In this document: piece after piece, positions 53,139-64,000 of the stretch | Layout of the letters: every line of letters begins with the position of its first letter | How positions within the stretch are numbered: the first letter of the stretch is position 1 | Assembly (NCBI GenBank): GCA_951406725.2 | Contig: OX597827.1 | Span: 34,162,001 to 34,226,000 of the forward strand | Direction: 5' to 3' | DNA length: 64,000 nucleotides | Source of the DNA: Octopus vulgaris | Lineage: Eukaryota | Made by a program: the position numbers and the translations under genes | Notes under the pieces: model-generated | What the model saw: the letters and a program-made list of their open reading frames with translations, nothing else | What the model was told of the DNA's origin: nothing | The model's database searches: none

Positions 53139-54239
53139 TTAATATATGAATTCAAGTAATCCAGTAGTACTCATAAAAATAGCTCCTTAATGTATCATTC
53201 TACAAAACAATATAGAATATATAGTGTAATACAAGGGAAAATGATAAGGAGTGTATAAAGTGTATAAAGTCACACATGACAAAAATAGTTTGAAATTTTA
53301 TTTAACAATAAGAAAATTTGAATGTTACAACAAATTGTTTTGTAACTTAAAAACATGTAAATGATTTATATTATTATATCTAATAATAAATAAATTACTT
53401 ACATATTTGCATTCATGCAAAATGCAAAAAATCCTTCTAAATAATGCAGAATTTAAGTTATGTCTTCATGAAAGAAGGTCTTTGTTAAATTTAACCAGGA
53501 CTTTCATCAAAGTATTTGTCTGTCACTTATGACTTTATATTATCATCATCATCATCAACATTTAATGTCTAACCCATGCTGGCATGGGTTGGATGGTGTG
53601 ATGAGAGCTGGCAAGCTTGGGGGCTGTGTGCATAACTATTTGTGTGTGTGTGTCTGTGTGTGTGTGTGTGTGTGTGTGCTGTTCATGTTTTTGGCTGAGT
53701 CTTATTCTTGATTCTTTAATCCATCTCTTGAGTTAGAAAAGTGTGGTTAGATTTTCTAGTATTAGTAGTAGTAGTATTAATAGTTTTGTGAGATAGTCTC
53801 AAGTAAACATCAGTCAGTAACAACACAGGTAGACTTTTCAATACTCACCTGAGTGATATTTAAAGAGTCATTCAGCTGGCCAGAACTGGAAGTTGTGTAT
53901 TTCTTGGAATTGTTTAAAAACTGGTATTAGATGTAGGAATGGCTCCTACAATTGTTGTCTCTTTACCCTTCTCATATGACCCATATGAAGTTCAGAAATT
54001 TTTCATCGATTATTGAATTGAAATTCAATAATCCTCACCTCATATAAACCAAGTGGCAATTGGTTTTGTTTGTTGATGCTGCTGATCTCATTGTTGTTGT
54101 TGGGTGTACTCTGACACTACTGTATGAGTCTTTGAAGAAAATCATCATTGTTGTCGTCATCATCATCATCACAATTATTATCATTGTTACCATTATTTTC
54201 ATAATCATCATGACCATCATTTATCCCTCTTTTTAGACC

Positions 54240-54697
54240 GATACCAGTTTTGTACTGTGTCAATTTTTTATAATCCCTCACTCCTTACACAACCTATAAA
54301 TTTGCAGCCTTGTGCGATATGTGAGAAATCGTAATCATCATTGTTATCATCATCATTATCATCATTATTATTGCGATATTTTGTTTGTCTTTATGTTCTG
54401 AGTTCAAATTCTGCCGAGGTCGACTTTGCTTTTCATCTTTTCAGTTGTGTACTGGGGTCGATGTAATCAACTATCCTCCTCCCCCAAATTTCAGGCCCTG
54501 TGCCTATAGTAGAAAGGATTATTATTATTATTATGGTATTTTTTTTGTCTTTACATTCTGAGTTCAAATTCCTCCAAGGTCGGCTTTGCTTTCATTCTTT
54601 TGGTGTTGATAAATTAAGTATCAATGAAACACTAGAATCAATGTAATCAACTTATCCCCTCCCGCAAAATGGCTGCTCTTGTGGCAAAATTTGAAAC

Positions 54698-54731
<34 letters not shown>

Positions 54732-54889
54732 GTATTTTGTCTGTCTTTACATTCTGAGTTCAAATTCCGCTGACTTAGCCTTTCATCCTTTCAGCATCAA
54801 TAAATTAAGTACCAGTCAAGTACTGCGGTCAGTGTGATTGACCATCCCTCTCCCCTCACATTCCATGCCTTGTGCCTATAGTAGAAAGG

Positions 54890-54921
<32 letters not shown>

Positions 54922-55529
54922 GGCAGCGAGCTGATAGAATTGTTAGCTTGCCAGACAATATGCTCAGTAGCATTCCTTCTGGTTTTACATTCTGAGTTCG
55001 ATTTTGCCATTGGTCTTTCTGGAGTTGATGAAATAAGCACTAGTTGAGAACTGACATTGAAGTAATTGATTGCCCCCTCCTTCAAAATTTAAGGCCCTGT
55101 GGCTATCAATAAAAGGATTATTATAGGGCAGCAAGCTGGTAGCATTGGAAAGAATGCTTTTCAGTATTTATTCCAGCTCTTTACATTATGAGTTCAAATC
55201 CTGCTAAGGTCATCTTTGCCTTTCATCCTTTCAGTGTCAATAAAATAAAGTACCAGTCAACTACTGGGGTTGCTGGCCTTGTGCCTAAAGTAGGAACTAT
55301 TGTTATTATTATTGTTAAAGGCAGCAAGCTGGCAGAATCAAATGCGTTGGGAAAAATGTTTAGCAGCATTTCTTCTGAATTTATGTTCTGAGTTCAAATT
55401 CCGTTGGAGTTGACTTTGCCTTTCATCCTTTTGGGGTCTATAAATTAAGTACCAGTGAAACATTGGGGTTGATGTAATTGACTAGTCCCCTTCCCCAAAA
55501 TTTCAGGCCTTGTGCCTATAGCAGAAAGG

Positions 55530-55570
<41 letters not shown>

Positions 55571-55740
55571 CATTATTATTGTTGTTTTTGTTGTTATTGA
55601 AATGGACAAGTACAAATGGTTGAGTACCAGATTAAATGGATTAGATTTATGGTATACTGAATTGACTTTTCATTCTTATGGGGTTGTTGTTGCTAAAAAT
55701 ATGTACCAGTCATGTACTGGGGTTCATTTATATTAGAAAT
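54240..55740 (+). repeat. Head-to-tail array of ~8 family A SINE units separated by (ATT)n
   Basis: TTCTGAGTTCAAAT...GCCTTTCATCCTTT...TGTGCCTATAGTAGAAAGG(ATT)n recurs at roughly 160-200-bp spacing. Confidence 0.85.
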
Positions 55741-58700
55741 TACTATTACAGTGGTTGCATGTCTTTTGGCAGTTTTTCTCTTTTTATTGAGTTTCAGTCT
55801 TGGATTAGGTTCAATGCATGCTTGTGCAGTTGGTACTTCAGGGATGTTGCCAGATGCTCACTGCACTCTAGCATCTGGATGGCATCACCAGTGGAAAGTC
55901 AGCCCTAGCATTTAGTAGAATATTAATGTTGGATATGAGCAATGTGGCCTGGGATTGATTCTGACCGTCAGCATTTACAGTTTAAGTTGTCTCTTTTGGA
56001 GGAATTTTAAGTTAAATAATGTGGACAGTTTTCAAAAGTTCTTGATTTGGCAGTACTACAAGGTGGAATTAGAGGAAACTTTGCTGGTTTGGTATAAACC
56101 CTGACAGGCAGAGCCATAGTGGAGCTGCTGGCAACTAAATTAATCTGAGATGTGAGGAGATTGACAGAACCTGGCACTCACTTGTTTAGCATACACAAAT
56201 TGTTAATTTGTGAGCTTATATTGAACAACTGTTATTACATCTGAGACAGATCCAGCTATCAGCGTAAGTTAACATAAAGACTGATGCACCACTTCCCTTT
56301 GAAATGGATGAGTGGTTTGTCTTTCTCTGTTATGAAAGGTGGATGAGAATGGTGAAATTTACTTGGCTTAATGGGGCTATACTAACTAGGTGGCTGTATT
56401 AATAGCAAGAACTGGGAGTTAAAGTTTACTTATTTTTGTCATACCAGAGTAAATGGGATGCCCTAATATCCCTACAAGATTGTCACCCCCATTTAAAAAA
56501 TTTTTTTTTGTTATTTTTTTGTTGTATACTGTTAATCCTATCTAGTGTTATCTATTTAGGTATCTCAGGAGGGTCATCAATTAGTTAACTGATTAAATAG
56601 TTAACCATTTGATAAGTAAATAATAAAAGATGAAATAGACCAGTGTGTGTTTGTGTGTTTATTATTGGCAAAATGACCCTCCCAAGATACAGGAAAATAT
56701 GTTTCAACACATGAGTTCTCATCAAGAACCTTGCAAACCAAATACAAAAACTAAATATTAATGTATCATTATTGCTTTTTTGATCCCACCCCTTTACTCG
56801 ATGTAACCCCCCCCCACTGTTTCTTGTTTGTTTTTTCCTCTTTTTCTTTTGTATTTCATTTTTGTACTGACCCCAGCATTTTGGGCTGTTGTAGCCAATA
56901 ATCATTATCACACCAGACAAAAACTTAGCAGCATTGCTTCCAACTTCTTTACATTCTGAGTTCTTTACATTCATCTCTAATGAATGAAAGACTTTGCCTT
57001 TTGTCCTTTAAGGGTTTGAAGGGGTTTGATAAAATAAGTGGCAGCTGTGCACTGGGAATCAACTTGTCCCTTTTCTCAAAATTGCTGGCCTTGTGCCAAA
57101 ATTAGAAAGATTACTATTATCATTATTATTAGTTTTTTTATTATTATTACAATGAATGCCAAATGCTAGTAGTAGCAGCCAAATTTCCCTCATATTACAC
57201 TTCTCTTAAGCATGGAAAGGGCTACTTTAGATAGTGTAGTCATAGAGATAACTCTAAAATGCCAATGGGATAGTCATGGGTAGAATGCCTTTTGATCATA
57301 GGTTTGCTTGATCAAGGTTGGCCTGGCGCTAAACAACAACTTCTGATATTATTCTTGCTTATTTTGATGAGCATGAATATCATCAAAACTTGTTTTGTCT
57401 TCTTGAAAAGGAAAATATCCTCCTCCCTCCCCCAAATTTCAGGCTCCATGTTTGCAAAATAAAAAAATTTAAATTTAAAAAAAACCCATTCTTCTTATAG
57501 TAATTCCTTCCCTGTAAACCAAAATTTCCTGTGTCTACTTCTTTCAGTCTCTGTTGTTGGATCTGCTTCGTTATGTCACAAATGCCATAAGAAAAGACAC
57601 ATACAACATCCACCCCCTCCCTCTATACATCTGAGGTTTGTTATGTATGTAAAGAGTTCATATAATTGGTTCTGGTTTAGGTGCAAGTTTTTTTTTTTAT
57701 GTGTATATTTTAATTTTATCTTTTCTTTTTTCTGTAGATCATGTTACTGCTGCTGTTGCTGCTGCTGGTTTCATGTAGTGCCAATATAAAAATGTTGTTG
57801 TTGTTGTTGTTGCTATTGTTTTTGTTGTTGTTCAGCCTCAAACTATCTCCGATGTAGTTGCAGACCAGGGAGCAAACAAATATAAATAAATATATGAAAT
57901 AAACAAACATGACTCTACACAGTATATTCAGAACACTTTATTTTTTCCAGCTACAATCATCCCATACTTATACAAGAATATTTTGACTACATTATCTAGT
58001 GTGCACTTTCCTTTCTCAAGATATTAGGGTTTGATTTAAAAAATTAAAAAATAAAAAAAACTTTTAGTGGCTGTTTCCAGCTGGTTGAGCAAGCAGTACG
58101 TAAAGGCTCCCTCATAAAGGTGTTGGTAGTGATAGTAGTAATAATAGTAGTAGTTGTAGCAGTATAAGTGTTGGTGGTGGTAACTGTAGTGGAAGTGGCG
58201 GTGGTAGTTGTAGTTGCAATAGCAGTGGTGACAGCAGTATGGTGGTAGTGGTGATAGGATAGGAGTCTATTGTCATTCATGGCTCTGTTAGCTAAGCTGA
58301 ACATCCATGAACTTTTTAGTACCAAAGGTAAATTCCAGATGGATAAGTAAGAACTTAGATGGGTGAATCCTCCTCCTCCCCTGCCCCCTCCTCCTCCTCC
58401 TCCTCATCATCATCATTTTATGCCGACTTCTCATGCTATCAAGTTGAGACAAGTCATCACAGTATGAGATAGTTAATATTTGGAATCACATCTCACTTGT
58501 AATATTCAATTCTTGACTTGGTTTCTACAGCTGGATACCCTTCTTAATGTTTGCTACTTTACAGAGTGTACAGGGGTTTTTTTTATTGTTGCTCCGGCAC
58601 TAGAAAAGTTGTGATATCCTTGTGACAACATCATAAGGTTCACTCAACTTGATATGTGCTGAAATAATGAATTTAAGCAATTTCATAATCATGTAACTCA

Positions 58701-60799
58701 TATTAAATTATTTCTGAGTTCAAATTTTGATGAGGTTTACTTTACCTTTCATGCTTTTGGGATCAATAAAATAAGTACTTTACCATTATTGTTCTTATGG
58801 AATAAAGTACCAGTTGAGCACTGGGGTCAGTGAAATCAAATAGTCCTCTCCTTCAAAATTTTAGGCCTTGTGTCTATAGTAGAAAGAATTAAATTACAGT
58901 TTTAGTATTAAGGGTCAAATCGTTTTTACGTTTTTTAGAAACTTCTTTCCATGGATGGTTTAAAATTTCAATGCAGGCAAGGTGTCATTTGCAGTTAAGG
59001 AGGTTTCCATTCTGTTGTATATCGTTGCTTGGTCTGCTGGAAATAGCAGCTAAATCTCTTTCAAATTACACTCTGTGATCTTTAAACAAATGAGAAGGGC
59101 ACATTGAATAACTTAGTCCTAGATAAACTGCTGGAAATATAAATGGAACAGTTGTGGTTGGAGTAATTTTGATATTAAGTCTATTGTTTCAGGGTTGACT
59201 TGGGGGCTAAAGAGCACATCTGATTTTGTGACTGTGTGTGTTTGTATAGAGAAGAGATCAGATAGGCCACTGAAAAGACCAGTAATGCCAAAAAAGAGTA
59301 TTTGTATATGAGGCACACTGTTCCTCACATGCCTAGCACTCCACCATACTGTGGTAATAGTAGTGATGACTACACCTCCAACCAACCCAATGTGAAACAA
59401 AATAGGTCAAAAGGGTAGCTACTCTATGGTCGCCCCATGTGCTAGAAACAACAACTAAATCTCCCCTAGCACATTAAAAGAAATGGAAAGGACACACTGG
59501 ATAATGTATGTCTGAAAAAAAAAAGAACAAAGTAGGATGGTTAAGGATGGAACATCACGGTTCACTTGAGGTCTAAACAACAACAGCATGAAAAATAAAT
59601 ATTGCAGTAGCAGCAGTAGTAGTGTTAGTGGTGATATTATTAGTGACTCTGTCATTCCTAAATGCTTGATAATCATGGTAGTAGTGGTGGTAGTGGTGGT
59701 GGTGGTTGTAGTAGGTAGAGGAGGTGACACTCCTAACACCAAGATATTTTATGAAATACTATTTATTTCATTGTTTGTTTGCTTAATCTATCTGTACTGT
59801 TGCCATTTTGTATATTTAATAAAGAAGTATTCCATTAGTAGAATATTAAGTGTTGTGTTGAGTCTCTTTTCTTATCCTTTTTATTATTTTTTTCCCCCGT
59901 TTATTTTGCTTTGAGTTGGAAGGTGGACATCACCTTTACCTTCCAACTCAATGGTAACTGTTTCAGCATCAGATGGTTGTAAGTAAGCATCACTGTCATA
60001 CAAGTGATTTTGTTTGTTTCCAGTCTTCTGTGGAAAATATATCTGGCCTTGGGAAAATATATGACTATGCTTGAAAGCAGGTGAGGATTGGTGATAGAAA
60101 GAGCATCCAACTGTAGAAAATCTGCTTCAACAGATTCCATCTGAACTATGCAAGCATGGAAAAGTGAACATCAAATGACGATGGTGAAATAGTGATTAGA
60201 GTATCAAATAAATTGCCTTACTGTCTTTGTTTCAACTCTTTTTCTTTTCACTCTGAGTTCAAATCCCACTGAGAACAACTTTGCTTTTTGTCCTTATTGG
60301 GTTAACAAAATATCAATCCAAGGCATAGACTTGACAGAATTATAATAATGTTGTACCATCAGATACCTTGCTGTATTTGTTCCAGCTCCTTGTGTTATAG
60401 ATCCAAATCCCACCATGGCTTGCTTGTGTAATTGATTTAATCTGTCGTCCAGTTTAACACCACCATCCAGCATCTTGCGTGCCTTTTGTTAAGTGCACTC
60501 AATGGCAAGCATTCAGGCCAGGTCTCTAGTTTGTGCATCTTTGCATGTGAATTCGTGTGTGTGTGTGTGTGTGAATTTGTGTGCGCATGTGTGTGTACGT
60601 GTACGAGTTCGTGTATGTATTTATGTGTCTTCTTTTAAGTGTGTGTGTTATTGTTTTAGTTTTTGCATTGGCGATTTCATGTGGAATGACCCGTACGATC
60701 TATCGTTGTTTTGTGCATTGTGTTGGTTCGAGTTTATTGTAGAACCAGTGCTACTTGATGTTTGAAGGCTTCAATGTACGTGTAATGTGTTTTTGGTTT

Positions 60800-61560
60800 T
60801 GTCAGATCAAATTAAAGGTTTAGGTGCACATTTTTAGTCTGTTGTTCAAACCGACTTGACTGCCACCCATTTCTTGGACATCATACTTGACCTCGCAAAC
60901 GGCCTCTACGATGTCTAATGTAAGCCGAATAAGACTATAAAATACATTCACAAACATTCCAATGACCCACAGCCTATAACCAGCCACCTTGTCGATGATA
61001 TATCATAGTGCACATCAGAACTATCTATCAATAAGAGAATTTTCTAGGAATTTGCACCAAAATACAATTATGCTTTGCGAAATGTGGCTTTAATGAGACA
61101 AAAAAAAAAAAACCAACATTAGATAACATGGTATAATTTCCTTCTAACACTGATATCAAGACTTCCATTGCTAGAATTTTCTACAGTAACAACACTTTCC
61201 TTCATATCATCGTCATCACAAAGTTTTCAATAAAATCAATGAGTTTTTCATATTTGGCTACACCCAAACTAGCGCAGGTTGTTACCTTTTCCAACATGGT
61301 AAAGCTCAACAGACATGCAACACTCCTGGATAGCCCTATTTGCTACACTAATAGAGCTTGCAAGTGTTCAGAAACCAAAGCTTGTCCTTTTAACTCATTA
61401 CTTTCAGAAGAATACTGTCTATAAATGTAATGTCTATAAACTTCACCGGTAGATATTGATTGAACTCACCTAAACAAAAAATTTAAAAAAGAATTGAGGT
61501 AAGATCTTCCCTGCACCAATATGCATCCTGGAATCCTGACAAAAGAAAAGTCATTTCACC
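60800..61560 (+). mobile_element. Degraded Penelope-like (Naiad-like) RT-thumb/linker remnant
   Basis: HFLDIILDL.NG.Y...KPN....YIHKHSN.P, WYN.P, H.HHKVFN and CKC....CP with many stops and frameshifts. Confidence 0.7.
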
Positions 61561-62429
61561 ATCCCAGCACATTTCCGTGAGTACCACTACCATACTGCAG
61601 TGATTGCCGGCCCTGTAACATACGTACAGCTGAAAGTTTCCAGTGAAAGTACTCAACAGAAAAATCCGATCTTGCTACCACATATAAACATAGACTTTCA
61701 AAATCTTTTACTACGAACGTGCCCACGACCCAATAGGGTAAGATGTATTAACGTCATCCATACATTCGCACACATAGCATACACAATCCTTACTAAATAT
61801 GCACATACAGAAAATACAGACACTAAAAATGAGCACTAACCCTTCCATGTCCATCTTCATACAAAAAACAAAACAAACAAAAAAACGCATAACAGACATT
61901 AAGCCCCTAAACAAACTCTAATAATATAATGAACCAGCACGCAAAATTCCCAATGATTGTGTTCCTTCCCGCTAAAGGAATATTACTAACATTCACACGC
62001 ACCTACAAGAATATGTGCAAACCCTCACACCTAAGCACAAAGATGCACGAGCAACAAACACTAAAATTGTGCACAACAGTTACTAAAACGCCTAGCCTTC
62101 TGCTTGCACTTTCAGTTTCATCTGACTATACCAAATGCACACGACGAACACAGATACATTAGTTAAGGCCTACAAACTCCAACAGACTCTAGCCTTACAA
62201 TACTAAGAAACAACACAACTCACAAAATATAGAGTTTACGTATGATAAAAATTAAAAATTAAACATTAATGTAATAAACACGTACATGGTTGGTCGGTGA
62301 CTTGGCGTCGCGAGCGCAGATTTATAAAGAGGAATGTCCATGTCTGTTGTAGGCTTGTTAGTGCTCGACAAGTCTGATTGGGGACAAACAGGCACGACCG
62401 CAGAGACTGCATGTATAAGGAGGCTAACC

Positions 62430-63400
62430 ATGATTGGTTTTCCTCTTTCTTTTGTCTGCAAAGATGGTCCTTGCAAGTGTTTTCAAAGGAAGCTGTTACT
62501 CGGAGGACAGTGACATGCTAAGCTTCACGGTCATCGGCAAGAATAGACCACTGGTGCTGATCAGTGTGGCAGGCGTTGAGTGATTTCTTTAGGAAGTCCT
62601 TGTACTTCTTTTTTTTGGAGAGTTCGCTATACAGCGTGATCTTGGGATAATCCTCCACCTTGTTGATGTATCCTGACCAACGTAGCTGTGTATTCAGCAG
62701 GGTTGCTTCGATGTTGGTGACCTTCGCCTGCTCTAGGACCTCGGCATTAGTGGCATCGTCGCTCCAATGGATGTTGAGGATAATGGAATTGCTGAAGGAA
62801 TCATACGTAAAGCCGATAAATGAGCCAACAGCCCTGAGCCGTATAAGAGGGTGGTCAGTGCGACAGATCTGCATACACTGATGTTGGTGCCTTCAGATAG
62901 TTATTGTTCTAGACTCTTTTGTACAGTCTACCGAATGCATTGTTTGCCTTAGCCAGTATGTTGATAACTTCTTTGTCGATTTTGACACCTGATGGGATGG
63001 TGCGCCCTAGGTAAGTGAACTGGTTGACTGTTTTTAAATCAGTCACACCGAAGTGAGGTGGTATTCTTGTTGTGTGACTTCTCGACCAAAGTGCCAGGTA
63101 GCTTCTGCACAGAAAGCGGTAATGCGTTGCAAGGTTGTCTATATATGTGCAACAGGGACAGCGTCATCTGTGAAAAGCAACTCATGAATGGGTTCAGGCT
63201 CCTCGGGTTGAAGAAGCTGCCATTAGTATGATACCGGATGTGGATGCTGTCTTCATCGTTAGGGTCTTCGTTGGCCTGCTGGAGCATCATACTGAAGAAG
63301 ATGGTGAAAAGGGTCGACGCGAGGACACAACCTTACTTCACACCATTGCCAATGGAGAAGAGCTGGGAAAGATCGTTGCTGTATCTGAGAAGTCCACACA
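62430..63400 (-). mobile_element. Degraded RTE (BovB-like clade) LINE 3' half
   Basis: NGVK.GCVL...F.IFFSMML, IRY.T.GS.FN.R.L, FTYLG, ILNIHWSD..TN.EVL, QLRWSG and PKI.LY.EL. Confidence 0.82.
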
Positions 63401-64000
63401 CATGCACTTGAAAGAATGCGCAGACACACGAAAACATGCAATCGCGCGCACACACACACACAATAATAGCAATAATATATGGTGCATAAAAATATACAAC
63501 TACCCATGTATCCTGACCTTCCAATCACAGCCGACCTCTTGAATATGAATTGGGTTATTACTAATTAAACTCTTGGAATAGATGAACTCTCCAGAGAATC
63601 TCTAGCTGTATATGTGTGTGTGTGTGTGTGTGTCTGTTTGTCTGTTTGCCTGTCTGTCTTTCTCTCGCCGCGTGCGTGTATGTGCACGTGTGAATGTGTG
63701 AGAAAATACATGTATGGATTAAGTGTGTGCTTATATGGAGGGATGAACGGACGGACGAATGGTTGGATTTAAATCTGCTCATAGATATTAGAGTGACAAT
63801 TAGAAGTTGTTTTAATTCCAAACGGCAATTTTCAAGATGGGAAAGCTTTGGTATTTCTCACATTTGCAACAATTGGAAATATCAGCTGACTTGCTTAAGG
63901 GACCACGAACTGCACACAGTTATTTAAACCTTTTAATTCCAAGTGTTAAAATATCAACTCCATTAGTGAAAGTAGCATCTTATGAATCATAGCATGTTCT

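Overview
AT-rich, repeat-saturated animal genomic DNA. The SINE families, microsatellite load and single-coding-exon C2H2 genes suggest a coleoid cephalopod, probably Octopus (inference from recognition, not verified). Host genes: two divergently oriented C2H2 zinc-finger genes (4247-5311 minus, 3 canonical fingers plus 1 atypical; 42193-43800 plus, 11 fingers) and an intron-containing tRNA-Lys(UUU) gene (15537-15630). The rest is mostly mobile DNA: a complete but disrupted Chapaev3-type transposon, a young 5'-truncated CR1-like LINE with an open RT ORF, Penelope-like (PLE) remnants, RTE and mariner fossils, non-autonomous Helitrons, MITEs and at least three tRNA-derived SINE families. Most short ORFs in the track are microsatellite or repeat artefacts. 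The most interesting signals are: (1) about ten minimal type-I hammerhead ribozyme (HHR) motifs in several short repeat families, often in head-to-head inverted pairs; (2) a ~257-bp copy of the neighbouring ZNF coding sequence held between two inverted arms, one of which carries an HHR-like motif; (3) a tRNA-Lys(UUU) intron with canonical splicing geometry; (4) GGATC-terminated MITEs with 8-bp TSDs and telomere-like CCCTAA cores. Coordinates were counted by eye and fossil boundaries are approximate.
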